64,000 nt of DNA from Octopus sinensis (Eukaryota). The notes under the pieces are model-generated. The model did not search any database. It was not told where the DNA came from and saw only the letters and a list, made by a program, of their open reading frames with translations. The position numbers were made by a program, and so were the translations under genes. The stretch lies in the NCBI RefSeq assembly GCF_006345805.1, contig NC_043002.1, positions 50,158,001 to 50,222,000 of the forward strand, read 5' to 3'. Positions 36,554-48,950 of this stretch are shown piece by piece (within the stretch, counting starts at the first letter, position 1; each line of letters opens with the position of its first letter).

Positions 36554-37424
36554 CCGCTTTAGTACCACCATACGATTGCTTGCTCGCTCACCCATCACTA
36601 ATAACTTTCATATATTCTTTCAACCATCACCGGTATCATCTCATCTTACCACAAACTAAAGAAGTGCCTATATCAGGCTTGGGCAAAATTCTTAGAGAAG
36701 AGTACTGCATGAGAACTGTATCAAGTAGGTCACAACTAAAAAGAGAGAAGGTATTTTTTCGTCATATTTGGAAACTGCAGAGGTTGGCAGGTTGCCTATG
36801 ACTGGCCTATGTGATTGCTTGGCCTGCCAGAAACCCTTTCTAGATCTCTTTCACACCACACAGGTATGTGACATTTTGGCACAACCATTTTGGTGCTGCT
36901 TTTTTTTGGCATCATTGATATAGCTCTATTTGACATGAGAGAATTTTTAAATGGTTCCTTCCTTTCTCCCTCTCTGTCTCTTCCTCTCTTCCCCACTCTC
37001 TCCTATCCTCTCTCTTCTCCTATGTCTCTCCTCTCTTTTGTCTTTTGTCTTGGCTCTTCTCTGTCCCCATCTCATTTCTCCCTATCTCTTCCTCTTCCTT
37101 TCTCCCATTCTCTTTGTAGTTTTGTCTCTATGTATGTGTAATATTTCTCTTCCTGCCCAGCCCTTCTCTCTGTATGTATATATTTTTGCGTGCACGTGTG
37201 TACCTCCAGTACCCAAAACATACAGTCACCAAAACAGGTTGAATGTCCATTCAGCCATGCCGTTTCACCAGCATCTAAAACAGCTGCACCAACTCATCCC
37301 ATTCCGATATCACATACAAGCTCAATGACCATATCAGATATTGTAATTCTAGACATGCTGTGCCTAAACTAAAAATAAACCATGTTTTTTTCTTTTTCTT
37401 TTCGTTTTTTTTTTTTTTTTTTTA

Positions 37425-37830
37425 TACTTGTTTCAGTCATTGGACTGCAACGATGTGCGGCTTTGAAGATTTTTTAATTGTCCCTAGTACTTATCTCTGT
37501 AAGTCTGGTGCTTATTTGATCAGTATCTTTATGTGTAAGAACATGTTACATTGCTGGGATGTAAACAAACCAATGTTAAGTTGCTGGAGTGTAAACAAAC
37601 CAACACTGGTTCTCAGACAGTGATTGGTGACGAACACAGGCACACTCACATGCATGCACATGCACACAGTGGGCTTCCTTCAGTTTCCTTCCTCCAAATC
37701 CTCTCGCAAGGCTTTGGTCAACCCAGTGCTATAGTAGAAGACATTTGCCTAAGGTTCCGTGCAGTGGGACTGAACCTGGAACTGTGTGGTTGAAAAGTGG
37801 CCTTCTTACCACACAATCGCGTCTGTGCCT
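37425..37830 (-). mobile_element. SINE family A
   Basis: ATACTTGTTTCAGTCATTGGACTGC...GGGACTGAACCTGGAACTGTGTGG. Confidence 0.8.
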
Positions 37831-38119
37831 ACATTATCATCATAAATAGAACAGCTTAGTTTATAGAACTCTCCTATAAGATCTCACCTGAGACTGAACA
37901 ATCAGGCACCATGTGACCACACTGAATGCCATGTTACTGTCACCACAACCACTACATATAACCATATTATAGTCACCATATTACATGGCTACTACCACCC
38001 TATCATACCAGTCATGTCACATCATGTCATAGCACTACCACCACAACCACTACTGTATTACACATACCCCAGTGCTGTTGTCTTTTCATGCTATATCACA
38101 ACCATACTATAAAAAGTAA

Positions 38120-38555
38120 TGACCTCTTTCGGCCATGCATGACCATGGGATTGCACCTACAAAGTTCCCCTCTGAGACACAAGTCCAGCAAGGTTGTTTA
38201 TTGAAGACCAGCAGTCGCCCATGCATACCAGCCTCCCTTCTCCATGCCACTAATGTTATCCAAGGTTAAAGGCATACGCCAATATAACTTGGCACCAGTG
38301 ACATCTGCTACTCATTTCTACAGCTGAGTGAACTGGAGCAACATGAAATGAAGTGTCTTGCTCAAGAACACAGCACACAGCTGCCCGGTCCAAGAATTGA
38401 ACTCACTACCTCATGATTGCGAGCCTGATGCCTGAACCACTGAGCCATGTGCCTCCATGCTCAAGAACACAGCACACAGCTGGGTCTAGGAATCGAACTC
38501 ACTACCTCATGATTGTGAACCCTATGCTCTACCCACTAAGCCATGTGCCTCCAGT
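38120..38555 (-). mobile_element. SINE family D with duplicated tRNA-like head
   Basis: Body 38120-38355, then two ~100-bp head units GCTCAAGAACACAGCACACAGCTG...CCACT.AGCCATGTGCCTCC. Confidence 0.8.
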
Positions 38556-38679
38556 ATACTGATATAACTATACTATACTGATATCATATTATAAGATAAC
38601 CACTACTATCATCACGTCATATTGCAATGCTGCTAAAATATCTATCTATCTATATATATATATATATATATCCACTACA

Positions 38680-38833
38680 CTCACGGAGTGGTTGGCGTTA
38701 GGAAGGGCATCCAGCCGTAGAAACATTGCCAGATCAGACTGGGCTTGGTGCAGCCTTCTGGCTTCCCAGACCCCTGTTGAACCGTCCAACCCATGCTAGC
38801 ATGGAAAGCGGACACTAAACGATGATGATGATG

Positions 38834-38835
<2 letters not shown>
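38680..38835 (+). mobile_element. RTE 3'-tail element, family C
   Basis: GAGTGGTTGGCGTTAGGAAGGGCATCCAGCC...CCATGCTAGCATGGAAAGCGGACACTAAACGATGATGATG. Confidence 0.85.
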
Positions 38836-38869
<34 letters not shown>

Positions 38870-39509
38870 CACCTCTTACACTACACAATCACACTATCAC
38901 CACCACACCACCACTAACACCAGCACTACATAAACATCCATTCTATTGTCATCATATCGTATATCGGTAGCCGCATCATCATCATAGCTATTGCCATCAC
39001 TGTCGCCGCTTCATCATGCAATAGCTACTACCACTGCCGCCATTCACAACAGCACTAGAAATAAGTCTCACCACAGGACATAATCGCACCAACACACCAC
39101 CACCATACTTGCACCACCGCCACGCTCCCCCACTACCTCCCCCCCACTCCGCGTTGCTTCTACTCAATCAAATGATAGATTGACAGTATCTAACAAACTG
39201 CCTGTGTATTTTGATCTTCACTACTAATGCCACCGCCACCACCACCACCACACCACCATCATTCGCTGCATCACTTTGTTGTTGATGGTGGTGACGGCGA
39301 TGAAGCTGATATGGGTGGTGGTGCTGCTGGTTGCTGGTGGTTGTTAACTGCCGTTGTTCTTGCTGTTGCTCTCGTTGTTCGGTTATTTTTATGATAAAAT
39401 AGTACTCTTTGTGATTTGTCTTAATTATTTTTGGCTGTTTGTTGGAGCTGCACATTGCTTCCCCCATCACCCATCCTCTTTCTCCCTTTCTTTCTCTCCC
39501 AAGCTTTTT

Positions 39510-39548
<39 letters not shown>

Positions 39549-39906
39549 CTCCTTCCTCAGATGCTTACCAATCTGCTGGTGCAAAGATGATATTTAATTC
39601 TTCATGTAAGCTATTTATTATTTTTATTTATCTATTTATTTATTTATTTATTTATTTAAATATTTCTGGTGAAAAGAAATTAGTCATCTAATTGCACAAT
39701 GTGTATGAGTGTATGTATGTACATGTGTGTGTGTGCGTATAACTATATGACTATCTGTTTGTCTCCATTTCTCTTTGTACTCTCACTTTCTCTTTCTATG
39801 TATATGTGTAGGTGGCTGTATTTATATATATACATGGGCATATAGCTATATATATGTGTGTGGGTATATGTATGTGTGTGTGTATATATATGTGTGTGTG
39901 TGTGTG

Positions 39907-39940
<34 letters not shown>

Positions 39941-40094
39941 TGGACAATATTAGTGTAGGTGTCAAAATTGTGCTGATTTTTGGTCAATAACTGATGAGAG
40001 GTTGAGCATGTCTGCATCCATTGTGTGTTTTTCCTGTTTTTACTTCAGTTTTTCTGCTATTCCCTGTGCCACATTGATATTATATATTTATAAG

Positions 40095-40400
40095 TTTGCT
40101 TCCCAACCACATGGTTCCGGGTTCAGTCCCACTGCAGAGCACCTTGGGCATATGTCTTCTTCTATAGACTCAGGCTGACCAAAGTCTTGTGTGTGGATCT
40201 GGTTAATGGAAATTGATAGAAGCTCATTGTGTGCGTTTGTGTTTGTCACCCACCACAGCTTGAAAGTTGGTGTTGGTGTTTTTACATCACCATAATGTAG
40301 CGGTTCAGCAAAAGTGACTGATAGAATATGTTTCAGGCTTTAAAAATCATAAGTACTGAGGATGATTTCTTTCACTAAAATTCTTCAAGGTGGCTTCCCC
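40095..40400 (+). mobile_element. SINE family A
   Basis: CCCAACCACATGGTTCCGGGTTCAGTCCCACTGC...GCGGTTCAGCAAAAG. Confidence 0.8.
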
Positions 40401-40424
40401 TTTAGTTAAATGAATTAGCCTCAG

Positions 40425-40980
40425 TATTTTTTTTTAATCGAGTACTTATTCTATAACTTCTTTGTCTCTTTTACTAAACTGTTAAGTTACAGGGATGTAA
40501 ACACACCAACACCGATTGTCAAGAAGTGGTGCATGATAAACATGGATAGAAAGACACACATACACTTTCACAAAAACACACACTCATTCCCGCCATTTTT
40601 GTCATATTGATCACTGTTTGTCAAGCTAAATGTGCAGTATGCATTGCTGATGAGGTTCAATAAGATTGAAGCATATATGTTGCTTTCACGCCTTTTAATT
40701 ACAAGTTAGACCCCACTCCTATACAACATTTTCTATATTTTCAAAAATTTGATGCAGTTGATTTTGTTAGGGTTACCTGCCTTGTGTGTGTATATATACA
40801 CATGCATACTGATATACAATGGGCTTCTTCCAGTTTCCATCTACCAGATCAACTCACAAGGCTTTGGTCGGTCTTAGGCTATAGTAGAACACACTTGCCC
40901 AAAGTGCCACGCTGTGTGACTGAACCCAGAACCATGTGGTTAGTAAGCATGCTTCTTATCACACAACCACACCTGTACCT
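40425..40980 (-). mobile_element. SINE family A with ~200-bp internal insert
   Basis: Tail half 40425-40570 and head half 40815-40980 separated by unrelated sequence. Confidence 0.75.
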
Positions 40981-41817
40981 ATGTTTAAAATTAATTGAAT
41001 CAAAAGCAATGTGTTTCAACAAAAATATGGCAATTAAAGGGTTGAGTCAACACGTGCTCAGTCAACCACCAGAGCAGGTAAACATCAGGTGTGAGATCTT
41101 CAATGGAAAATGTGCTATTTTTACATGTTATGCTTGTGTCTTTTTTTTTTGCCTTTTGGTACATAGTGTTAGTTGTCTCTTCAGAAGGCTTTTAATACAG
41201 TCAAGTTTACTAATCTGATAACTGACTGCTGTGTACACTGTTTTGATCAGAAAATGTATTTGTTAGAGACACACAACAGATGTTAGATTTAGAAAATGCT
41301 AGAGAGAGAGAAAGAAGGAGAGAAAGAAAGAGACTGTATTCACCTAAACTTTGTCCTCCTCAAAGCATCATGACCGGAGGCATATTAGCAGCCATATCTC
41401 ATTAGGCATGTTTTGTTTGCAATGGATTGTCACAGGGTCATTTCATTTTCTTATTGATGTCATGTTGTTTATAGTAAATACAGTTGCTAGAGATCAACCG
41501 TTGTTGTGGCTGAAACCTACATCAGTGTTCCACTTCCAGCTACGACCATCTTTTGGTGGGCGGGTGGGGTTGTTCTTCATCAAAGAATATATATGCAGTG
41601 TCTCATTTTTTTTCTTTTCTTTTCTTTTTTTTTTAATTTTAAGATGGTAGGGTATGATTTGAAGGAAATTTGGCAGGACAGCTGATTGTAGTGGTTCAGA
41701 AGTGTAGCCATTTTCTAAACATGCAGGCTGATTACTTTTATCTTTTGCCTCTGGCATCTATCCTCTTTTTACTGCTGTGCTGCTGTCTTTGAGTCTGTGT
41801 CATATATATATATATAT

Positions 41818-42515
41818 CATCATCATCATCGTTTAACGTCCGTTCTCCATGCTAGCATGGGTTGGACGGTTCGACCGGGGATCTGGGAAGCCAGAAGGCT
41901 GCACCAGGCTCCAGTCTTATCTGGCAATGTTTCTACAGCTGGATGCCCTTCCTAACGCCAACCACTCCATGAGTGTAGTGGGTGCTTTTTATGTGCCACC
42001 TGCACAGGTGCCAGGCGAGGCTGGCAATGGCCACGGTCGGATTGGTGTATTTTACGTGCCACCGGCACGGAAGCCAGTCATGGCGGCGCTGGCATCGGCC
42101 ACGAGTTGGATAGTGCTTTTTACGTACCACAGACCAGGGGTCCTGGCAGGTTCAATTCGATTTCGATTTCCCCAACATGTCTTTGCAAGCAAAGGGGGTT
42201 GACAGGGGTGCCTGTCGTCGGATGAGGTTCTATATCGACTTGCCTCAACAGGTCTTTGTGTCCAAGGGAGGAAAGGCATGCATAAGTGGGCTGGGCTCAC
42301 TTGTCCTGCCTAGTCTTCTCACGTACAGCATATTTCCAAAGGTCTCGGTCGCTGGTCATTTCCTCAGTGAGGCCTAAAGTTCGAAGGTCGTGCTTCACCA
42401 CCTCGTCCCAGGTTTTCCTGGGTCTACCTCTTCCACGGGTTCCCTCAACTGCTAGGGATTGGCACTTTCTCACACACCTATCTTCATCCATTCTCACCAC
42501 ATGACCATACCAGCG
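41818..42515 (-). mobile_element. 5'-truncated RTE-clade LINE (ORF C-terminus, 3' UTR, (GAT)n tail)
   Basis: RWYGHVVRMDEDRCVRKCQSLAVEGTRGRGRPRKTWDEVVKHDLRTLGLTEEMTSDRDLWKYAVREKTRQDK* is the typical RTE C-terminus; ~480-bp UTR ends in (GAT)n. Confidence 0.9.
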
Positions 42516-42544
42516 TGTGGCTGTGTGGTAGGTGTGTGTGTATA

Positions 42545-42705
42545 TGACAGGCTTTTCAGCCTAACAAATCCACTTAACGTAGTGTTGGGTTGGCCCAATG
42601 CTATATTAGAGAACACATACACAAGGTGCCATGTGTTGTGATTGAACCTGAACGCCTGTGGTTGGGAAGCAAACTTTATAACCACGCAGCCACACCTGTG
42701 CCCAA
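42545..42705 (-). mobile_element. SINE family A, head fragment
   Basis: CAAGGTGCCATG...GAACCTG...GTGGTTGGGAAGCAAAC...CGCAGCCACACCTG. Confidence 0.7.
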
Positions 42706-43244
42706 ATGCATATGCACGTGTGTGTGTGTTTGTGTGATTGATATACGAATACAGATATACCTACATATGTGCACATATATATACACATGCATATATATGT
42801 ACTTGCATAGATATAGATATACACACATACACACACAGAAGTTCCTATTGAGCTCTGTAATTATGTTTTCTACATTTAATTTAATAGCTCATATTTAACC
42901 TATATAAATGGAGGAGGACAGACAACTGTAGATTTATGCATGGACGAACATATCTACCTACTGATGCATGTGTGTTTATATAGGTATGTATGCATGTATA
43001 CACACACACACATGCCTGATCATTTCTGTCTATATGCAAATACTATGATGGTGATGTATTATCAGTACATTCACATGGGCCTTGTTTCCTATAGCTAAGT
43101 GTGTATGTATGTTGTACACATATATCCACACACATATATGTATATTTATATACATATAAACATGTATATGTATATATAAATATAATATATACACACATAG
43201 ATACAGACTACATTCTTGTGCATGCACACATTAATTTATAATTA

Positions 43245-43280
43245 TATATATATATATATATATGTGTATATATATATATA

Positions 43281-43330
<50 letters not shown>
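43245..43330. repeat. long (TA)n/(TG) microsatellite
   Basis: Read directly. Confidence 0.95.
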
Positions 43331-43332
<2 letters not shown>

Positions 43333-44084
43333 CATACAGATACACACATAATATACATACATACACACTCACATGTATACCTACTTAAATTTGCTTCTTG
43401 TCGCCTTTGTGGCACTAAAGGAATCTTTATTATAATTTTTTTCTCTCTTAATTTCATTCTTTCTTCTTTCTTTTCTTTCTCCATATTCATTCCTCCTTCT
43501 CCTCTAATTCCACCCCACCCCCACCCAACCTGCCACCTCCCCCCACGACCACCACCACCTTCAATTCTAAGTAATCAATTAGTAAAAGCTTACAGCGTTG
43601 CAAGTACTAACACAAGTACTCTCTGTGTAAACTCTCACTGCACCGCGTTCTAAGTAGCTTAGATGATGGGCTACTGGAAGCACTTGGCTGGCTTTAATGC
43701 TGTCAACTGAATATCAAAACTCTGAATCAATGTACAAAATACTATTGAAGGAGAATGAGGCGAGGAGGTTCGAGGTAGATGGGGATGTGGGGAGAAACAT
43801 TTGTTCACTTCTGTGTTTTTTTTCTTCATATATATGTGTGTGTGTGTGTCTTTATATGTATGTATGTATGTATGTATGTATAATATCGTTTCTCATTAAA
43901 CATTTGATATCTGGTTAGGGTTTTGCATTTTAGATTTTTGTTGTGGGATGTTGTTTTTATTCTGTCACAGTTCATTCATTCTCTTCTGTAATTTGCAAGG
44001 TTTTTCTTTTCTTTTTTCTGTGTCCCAATTCTTACTCTAGAGTCTACTTTTCTCTGGTTATTTTTTTTTTCGATAATAATAATA

Positions 44085-44090
44085 ATGATG

Positions 44091-44125
<35 letters not shown>

Positions 44126-45125
44126 CATTATAAGCACAAGAATGGCTGTGAGGTAAGAAGCCTGCTTCCCAACCATATGGTTCTGGGTTTAGTCCCACTT
44201 GGGCAAGTGTCTTCTACTCTAGCCTTGGACTGACCAAAGCCTTGTGAGTGGATTTAGTAGATGGAAACTGAAAGAAGCCTGTCGTATATATACATATATA
44301 TATATTTATTATTTGTGTCTGTGTATGTCCCCCTACCATTGCTTGACAACTGATGTTGGTGTGTTTACGTCCCCATAACCTCATGGTTCAGCAAAAAGAG
44401 ACTGATAGAATAAGTACTAGGCTTACTAAGAATAATTCCTGTAGTAGGTTTGTTCGACTAAAGGCAGTGCTCCAGCATGGCCACCGTCAAATGACTGAAA
44501 CAAGTAAAAGAATAAAGCATTTTACTTGGCATGCTAACAATTGTGTCAGTTTGCCACCTTCGTAACAACAACAACAACAACAACATAATAATAATAATTA
44601 TAATAATAATAATGATAATAATAATATAATAATAATAATAATAATCATTATAAGCACAAGAATGGCTGTGAGGTAAGAAGCCTGCTTCCCAACCATATGG
44701 TTCTGGGTTTAGTCCCACTTGGGCAAGTGTCTTCTACTCTAGCCTTGGACTGACCAAAGCCTTGTGAGTGGATTTAGTAGATGGAAACTGAAAGAAGCCT
44801 GTGTATATATACATATATATATATTTATTATTTGTGTCTGTGTATGTCCCCCTACCATTGCTTGACAACTGATGTTGGTGTGTTTACGTCCCCATAACCT
44901 CATGGTTCAGCAAAAAGAGACTGATAGAATAAGTACTAGGCTTACTAAGAATAATTCCTGTAGTAGGTTTGTTCGACTAAAGGCAGTGCTCCAGCATGGC
45001 CACCGTCAAATGACTGAAACAAGTAAAAGAATAAAGCATTTTACTTGGCATGCTAACAATTGTGTCAGTTTGCCACCTTCGTAACAACAACAACAACAAC
45101 AACAATAATAATAATAATTATAATA
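44085..45125. repeat. tandem duplication, ~519-bp period, each unit carrying a family A SINE
   Basis: Units 44126-44584 and 44646-45103; identical ORFs 44353-44565 and 44872-45084; one 1-bp indel seen; junctions in (AAT)n/(AAC)n. Confidence 0.95.
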
Positions 45126-45137
45126 ATAATAATGATA

Positions 45138-45365
45138 ATAATATTGAAAATCCTAACTGGGTCCCACCTGCAAGGTCATGCATTGCTTATTTTGATATAA
45201 GGTCACCATGTCGTGCATATCTGGTTGTGCTCCATGTGGCTGGTGTACCCCTATCAGATGGCTAGTTATAATGGGTATACTAGGTTTCGTATATTTTACC
45301 CCAGTGTCACTTTGATGGCATATGCTGCTCTCTCACTCAACAACAATACTACTACTACTAATAAT
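45138..45365 (+). mobile_element. retroposed 3'-end fragment with (ACT/AAT)n tail
   Basis: GGGTCCCACCTGCAAGG...CCCCAGTGTCACTTTGATGGCATATGCTGCTCTCTCACTC then CAA/ACT/AAT repeats; 5' flank is (AAT)n. Confidence 0.5.
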
Positions 45366-45374
45366 AATAATAAT

Positions 45375-46330
45375 TAAAAATTTTTCCACAAAATCAGAAA
45401 TTTCAGGGAGAAACATCGACTCCGGTGTTCAGCTGGTACTCATTCAATTGTTCCCGAAAGGATTAAAAGGTAAAGTTGACCTCAGCAGAATTTTAACTTA
45501 AAACGCAAAGATGGACGAAATGCCGCTAAGCATTTTGCCTAGTGTGATAATGATTCTGCCAGCTCGCCACCTTAATGATGATGTTGATGCTGCTGCTGTT
45601 GCAGCACAAGGATAGCAATTTTTTCAGTGAGGGAACTAGTTGATTATATTGACCTCAATGTCTCACTGCTACTTCATTTATCAACCCTAAAAGGATGAAA
45701 GGCAAAGTTGACTTTGGTGGAACTCAGAATGTGAAAATGGAAATACTGATTAGCATTTTGCCTGACGTGCTAACGATTCTGCCAACTTGCTGCTTCAATT
45801 TTAATCATCATCATCATCATCATTGTTTAACATCCGTTTTCCATGCTAGCATGGGTTGGATGGTTTGACCAGGGCCTGGGAAGCCAGGAGGCTGCACCAG
45901 GCTCCAGTCTTATCTGGCAGTGTTTCTACTTCTGGATGCCCTTCCTAATGCCAATCACTCTGTGAGTGTAGTGGGTGCTTCATATGTGCCACTGACACAG
46001 GTGCTAGGGGGGGCTGGAACGGCCACGATCGGTTGGTGCTTTTTACGTGCCACCAGCATGGAAGCCAGTCAAGGCAGCGCTGGCATTGGCCATGTTCAGA
46101 TGGTGCTTTTTACGTGCCACTGGCACAAGGCACAAGGCCTAAAATTTGTGGAAGGGGGATAGTTGAATATGTCAACCCCAGTGCTCCACTGGTACTTATT
46201 TCATCGACCCTGAAAGGATGAAGAGCAAAGTCAACCAGGGTAGAATTTGAACACAGAACGTGAAGACAGCCGAAATACATCTAAACATTTCAGCTGGTGT
46301 GCTAATGATTCTGCCAGCTTGTCGCCTCAA
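45375..46330 (-). mobile_element. cluster of three family B SINEs plus one family C element (45805-46125)
   Basis: AAAGGATGAAAGGCAAAGTTGAC-type motif at ~45460, ~45690, ~46215, separated by GAT/CAT/AAC repeats. Confidence 0.8.
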
Positions 46331-47534
46331 TAACAACAACAACAACATTGTTGGCTTGAGTGAGATTTGAACTCTGAGGATAATCAAGCTTGTACTTCAT
46401 TTTTGTCTGTATCTCACATTATTAGTAATAATAATTATAACAACAATCATCTACCATCATTGCAATTATCATCCCCATCATCATCATCATCATCATCAGG
46501 AGCAACTGACTATCTGTTCATTAGTTCAACATCTTTTCTCAGTAACATAGCTGAAACCCTCCAGTTGAAATATCTTTGTTGATGTTGTAGTTGCTGTCGT
46601 TATTGCTTACGTTGTTGTTGTTGTTGTTGTCAACGTCGCCGTCTGTGTTTGTTAATCTCAGTATGATTACCAATAAATTTGAATGAACGGTTATAATGTA
46701 ATTAGAAAATAATAACCTTTTGCCATGCATTTCTGCACACACCGCTGACTTTTGCTGTTATCGATGGAAATCAATTGTCTAGTTTGAAAGTAATTGTTTG
46801 TGAAGGGCTCGTCCATTTCTGCTTGTTAAACTGTCATCAGTTTCTATCGATTTTGTTGTTGTTGTTGTTATTATTGTTATTATTGTTGCTGCTGCTGCTC
46901 ACACTTGGACATTTCTCATCTCAACTCTTATTTATTCTCTCTTAAAACACTAAAACAGCAAGCCTGCTTATTATATATATTTTTTTTCCTATCTCCTCTT
47001 TAGTTTGTAGTCGATGGTGATGATGATTGCTATAATTTCTTATGAATATATTTTATTGATCTATTGGCTTCTGATTTATATTGTTTTTTTTTTTCCCCTC
47101 TTTCTTTTTTTTTTTTTTTTTTTTTTTCTATATTTGTTACATTATTTATGTTGTTAAGGTTGCAATGAAGCTCTAAGCTAAATTTCTCGACCCTCCATTT
47201 TTGTCTACATCTGACTGTAGTTCAAAGCGTCCCCCCTTTCACTCCACTCCACTCTCTCTCTCTCTCTTCTCTTATTGTCTTTCCTTCCATATTTCTTGGA
47301 GGGAAAGAATTTCTGGGAATTGCTGCCACCTTATATCTCAGACTCAGTGACTAAAAATGCAAAAACCAAAAACAACAAAAAAGCAAGAAAAATAATACAA
47401 GATAAATTTGAAAAATGGGCTCATTGGCTGATGGATGAAGATGGTTAGGCAGTGGGTCATCAGAAGTTTGTTTGCGTGTGTGCATGGGAGGCATTATTCT
47501 GCTACGGGCTTGAAAAATTCTTAGGAAAAGGTTC

Positions 47535-47757
47535 AATGTGAATCACCCCTGCATCTCAACTAATGCATTTTCATCTTGGGGAAGAGACGGAAGTCTGCAG
47601 GTGCTACATTTGGCGAATAGGATGGATGAGGAAGCTTTTGGCGAGAAAATCAGGAGTCAGGAGAGCCTGATGAAGAATCCGATTCTTCATGCTCCTCAGA
47701 ACTGGTCACTTTTGCTGAATGTTCTCTCTCAAATGCTTCAAAATGTCAGCAGAACTT
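47535..47757 (-). mobile_element. mariner transposase remnant (internally deleted)
   Basis: ADILKHLRENIQQK*PVLRSMKNRILHQ...FLAK / LPHPSYSPNVAPADFRLFPKMK, matching LPHPPYSPDLAPSDFxLFPKLK. Confidence 0.8.
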
Positions 47758-48759
47758 GACCTGCAAGAAATAACAGTCAAACATTTCTTAAATTACTCCC
47801 TTTTGTCACAAAAAGAGGGAAAGACATATTGGATAGCAACGCAGAAAAGAAGGAAAAAATAGTCAAGTTTGGGATGTCATGATGGTGTATTCTTGTCTGC
47901 AAGGAACCTGTATATGATCACTTAAGCTGCAAAAAATAACAGCCAAAATATTCCTTAAATTACACTCTATTGATATGAAAAGAAGGTGGGACACGTTGGA
48001 GATTGTAGTTATAGATATATAATGCCAAAGAGAAGGTTGTCTTGAACACCTTTGATCATAAATCCAGTCTGGGACCAAACCACATTTTGGCATTTAACCT
48101 GCTGGGTCAAGGAGCATATGCACAAATGTAATTCCATAGACGTTTAATAGTTGTTTTATATTAAATTAAAGAGTTATATCTTGTACAGGTCAACTTGTAG
48201 TGTCACTTTATATTGTGGATTTGAAGCAAAAGAACATTGTACTAAATTTCAAGAAACATAATGCTTTTAAGTGAAGTGACCTCTAATGTTAATTTGGGCC
48301 ATCAAAGGTTGTAAAGTGTTGACTGATGTAATAGAATAACAAGCAATAAAAAGTACAAGTAGTAGTAGTAGTAGTAGTTGCTGTTGTTCTTTAGACTTAT
48401 TAACTCTGCTTGCTTTTGTCAGTACATTGCTTCAGTCATCACCTGTTTATCGTTTCCTCACTCAGCTCTTTGATATAATGCTTTTTTTATGTGGTTGCTA
48501 CAAAATGCTGAAAGTGGTCCTATGCAGATCTAGTGAAAAACATCAAAATTCGTAGATGAGTAGACTACTTACTAGAAATCTTCTTTGACTATAGAATGTA
48601 ACTTGAGCGATAGGGAATGATGTGCCTGGCTCAAAGACACAGTACACACCGCCCAGTTCAGGAACTGAACCTATAACCATCTAATCATAAACCTAACCTT
48701 CTAATCACTAGGACCTGTGCAACTAGTATCAAAAATGACACAGTGCATCTATAGCCTTT

Positions 48760-48950
48760 GATCCTTTTGTTACCATATTTCTGTTTAAAGACATCCAGTT
48801 TTGTTTCAGTTAATTTGAAAATTTAGTAAAATATCTTAGTTGTTTTTGAGCTGGTGTTTGGCAGAGGAATTAAGATGAAATGTTGCTGGAAGGTTTTACA
48901 TCACTTGGAACAAGAAATGTGTATCATAGTACCAAGGGCAGTCTCAAACG
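48760..48950 (+). mobile_element. piggyBac-type MITE, degraded copy of the 9234-9658 family
   Basis: CCTTTTGTTACCATATTTC...TTTAGTAAAATA...TATCATAG.ACCA.GGGCAGTCTC. Confidence 0.6.

Noticed and set aside
47669-47689. Palindrome ATGAAGAAT-CCG-ATTCTTCAT
   Set aside because: Falls in the mariner coding remnant (MKNRILH); coincidental.
47757-47778. Strong minus-strand acceptor TTTCTTGCAG|G
   Set aside because: It is the junction between a mariner remnant and another repeat; the downstream sequence is a broken transposase.
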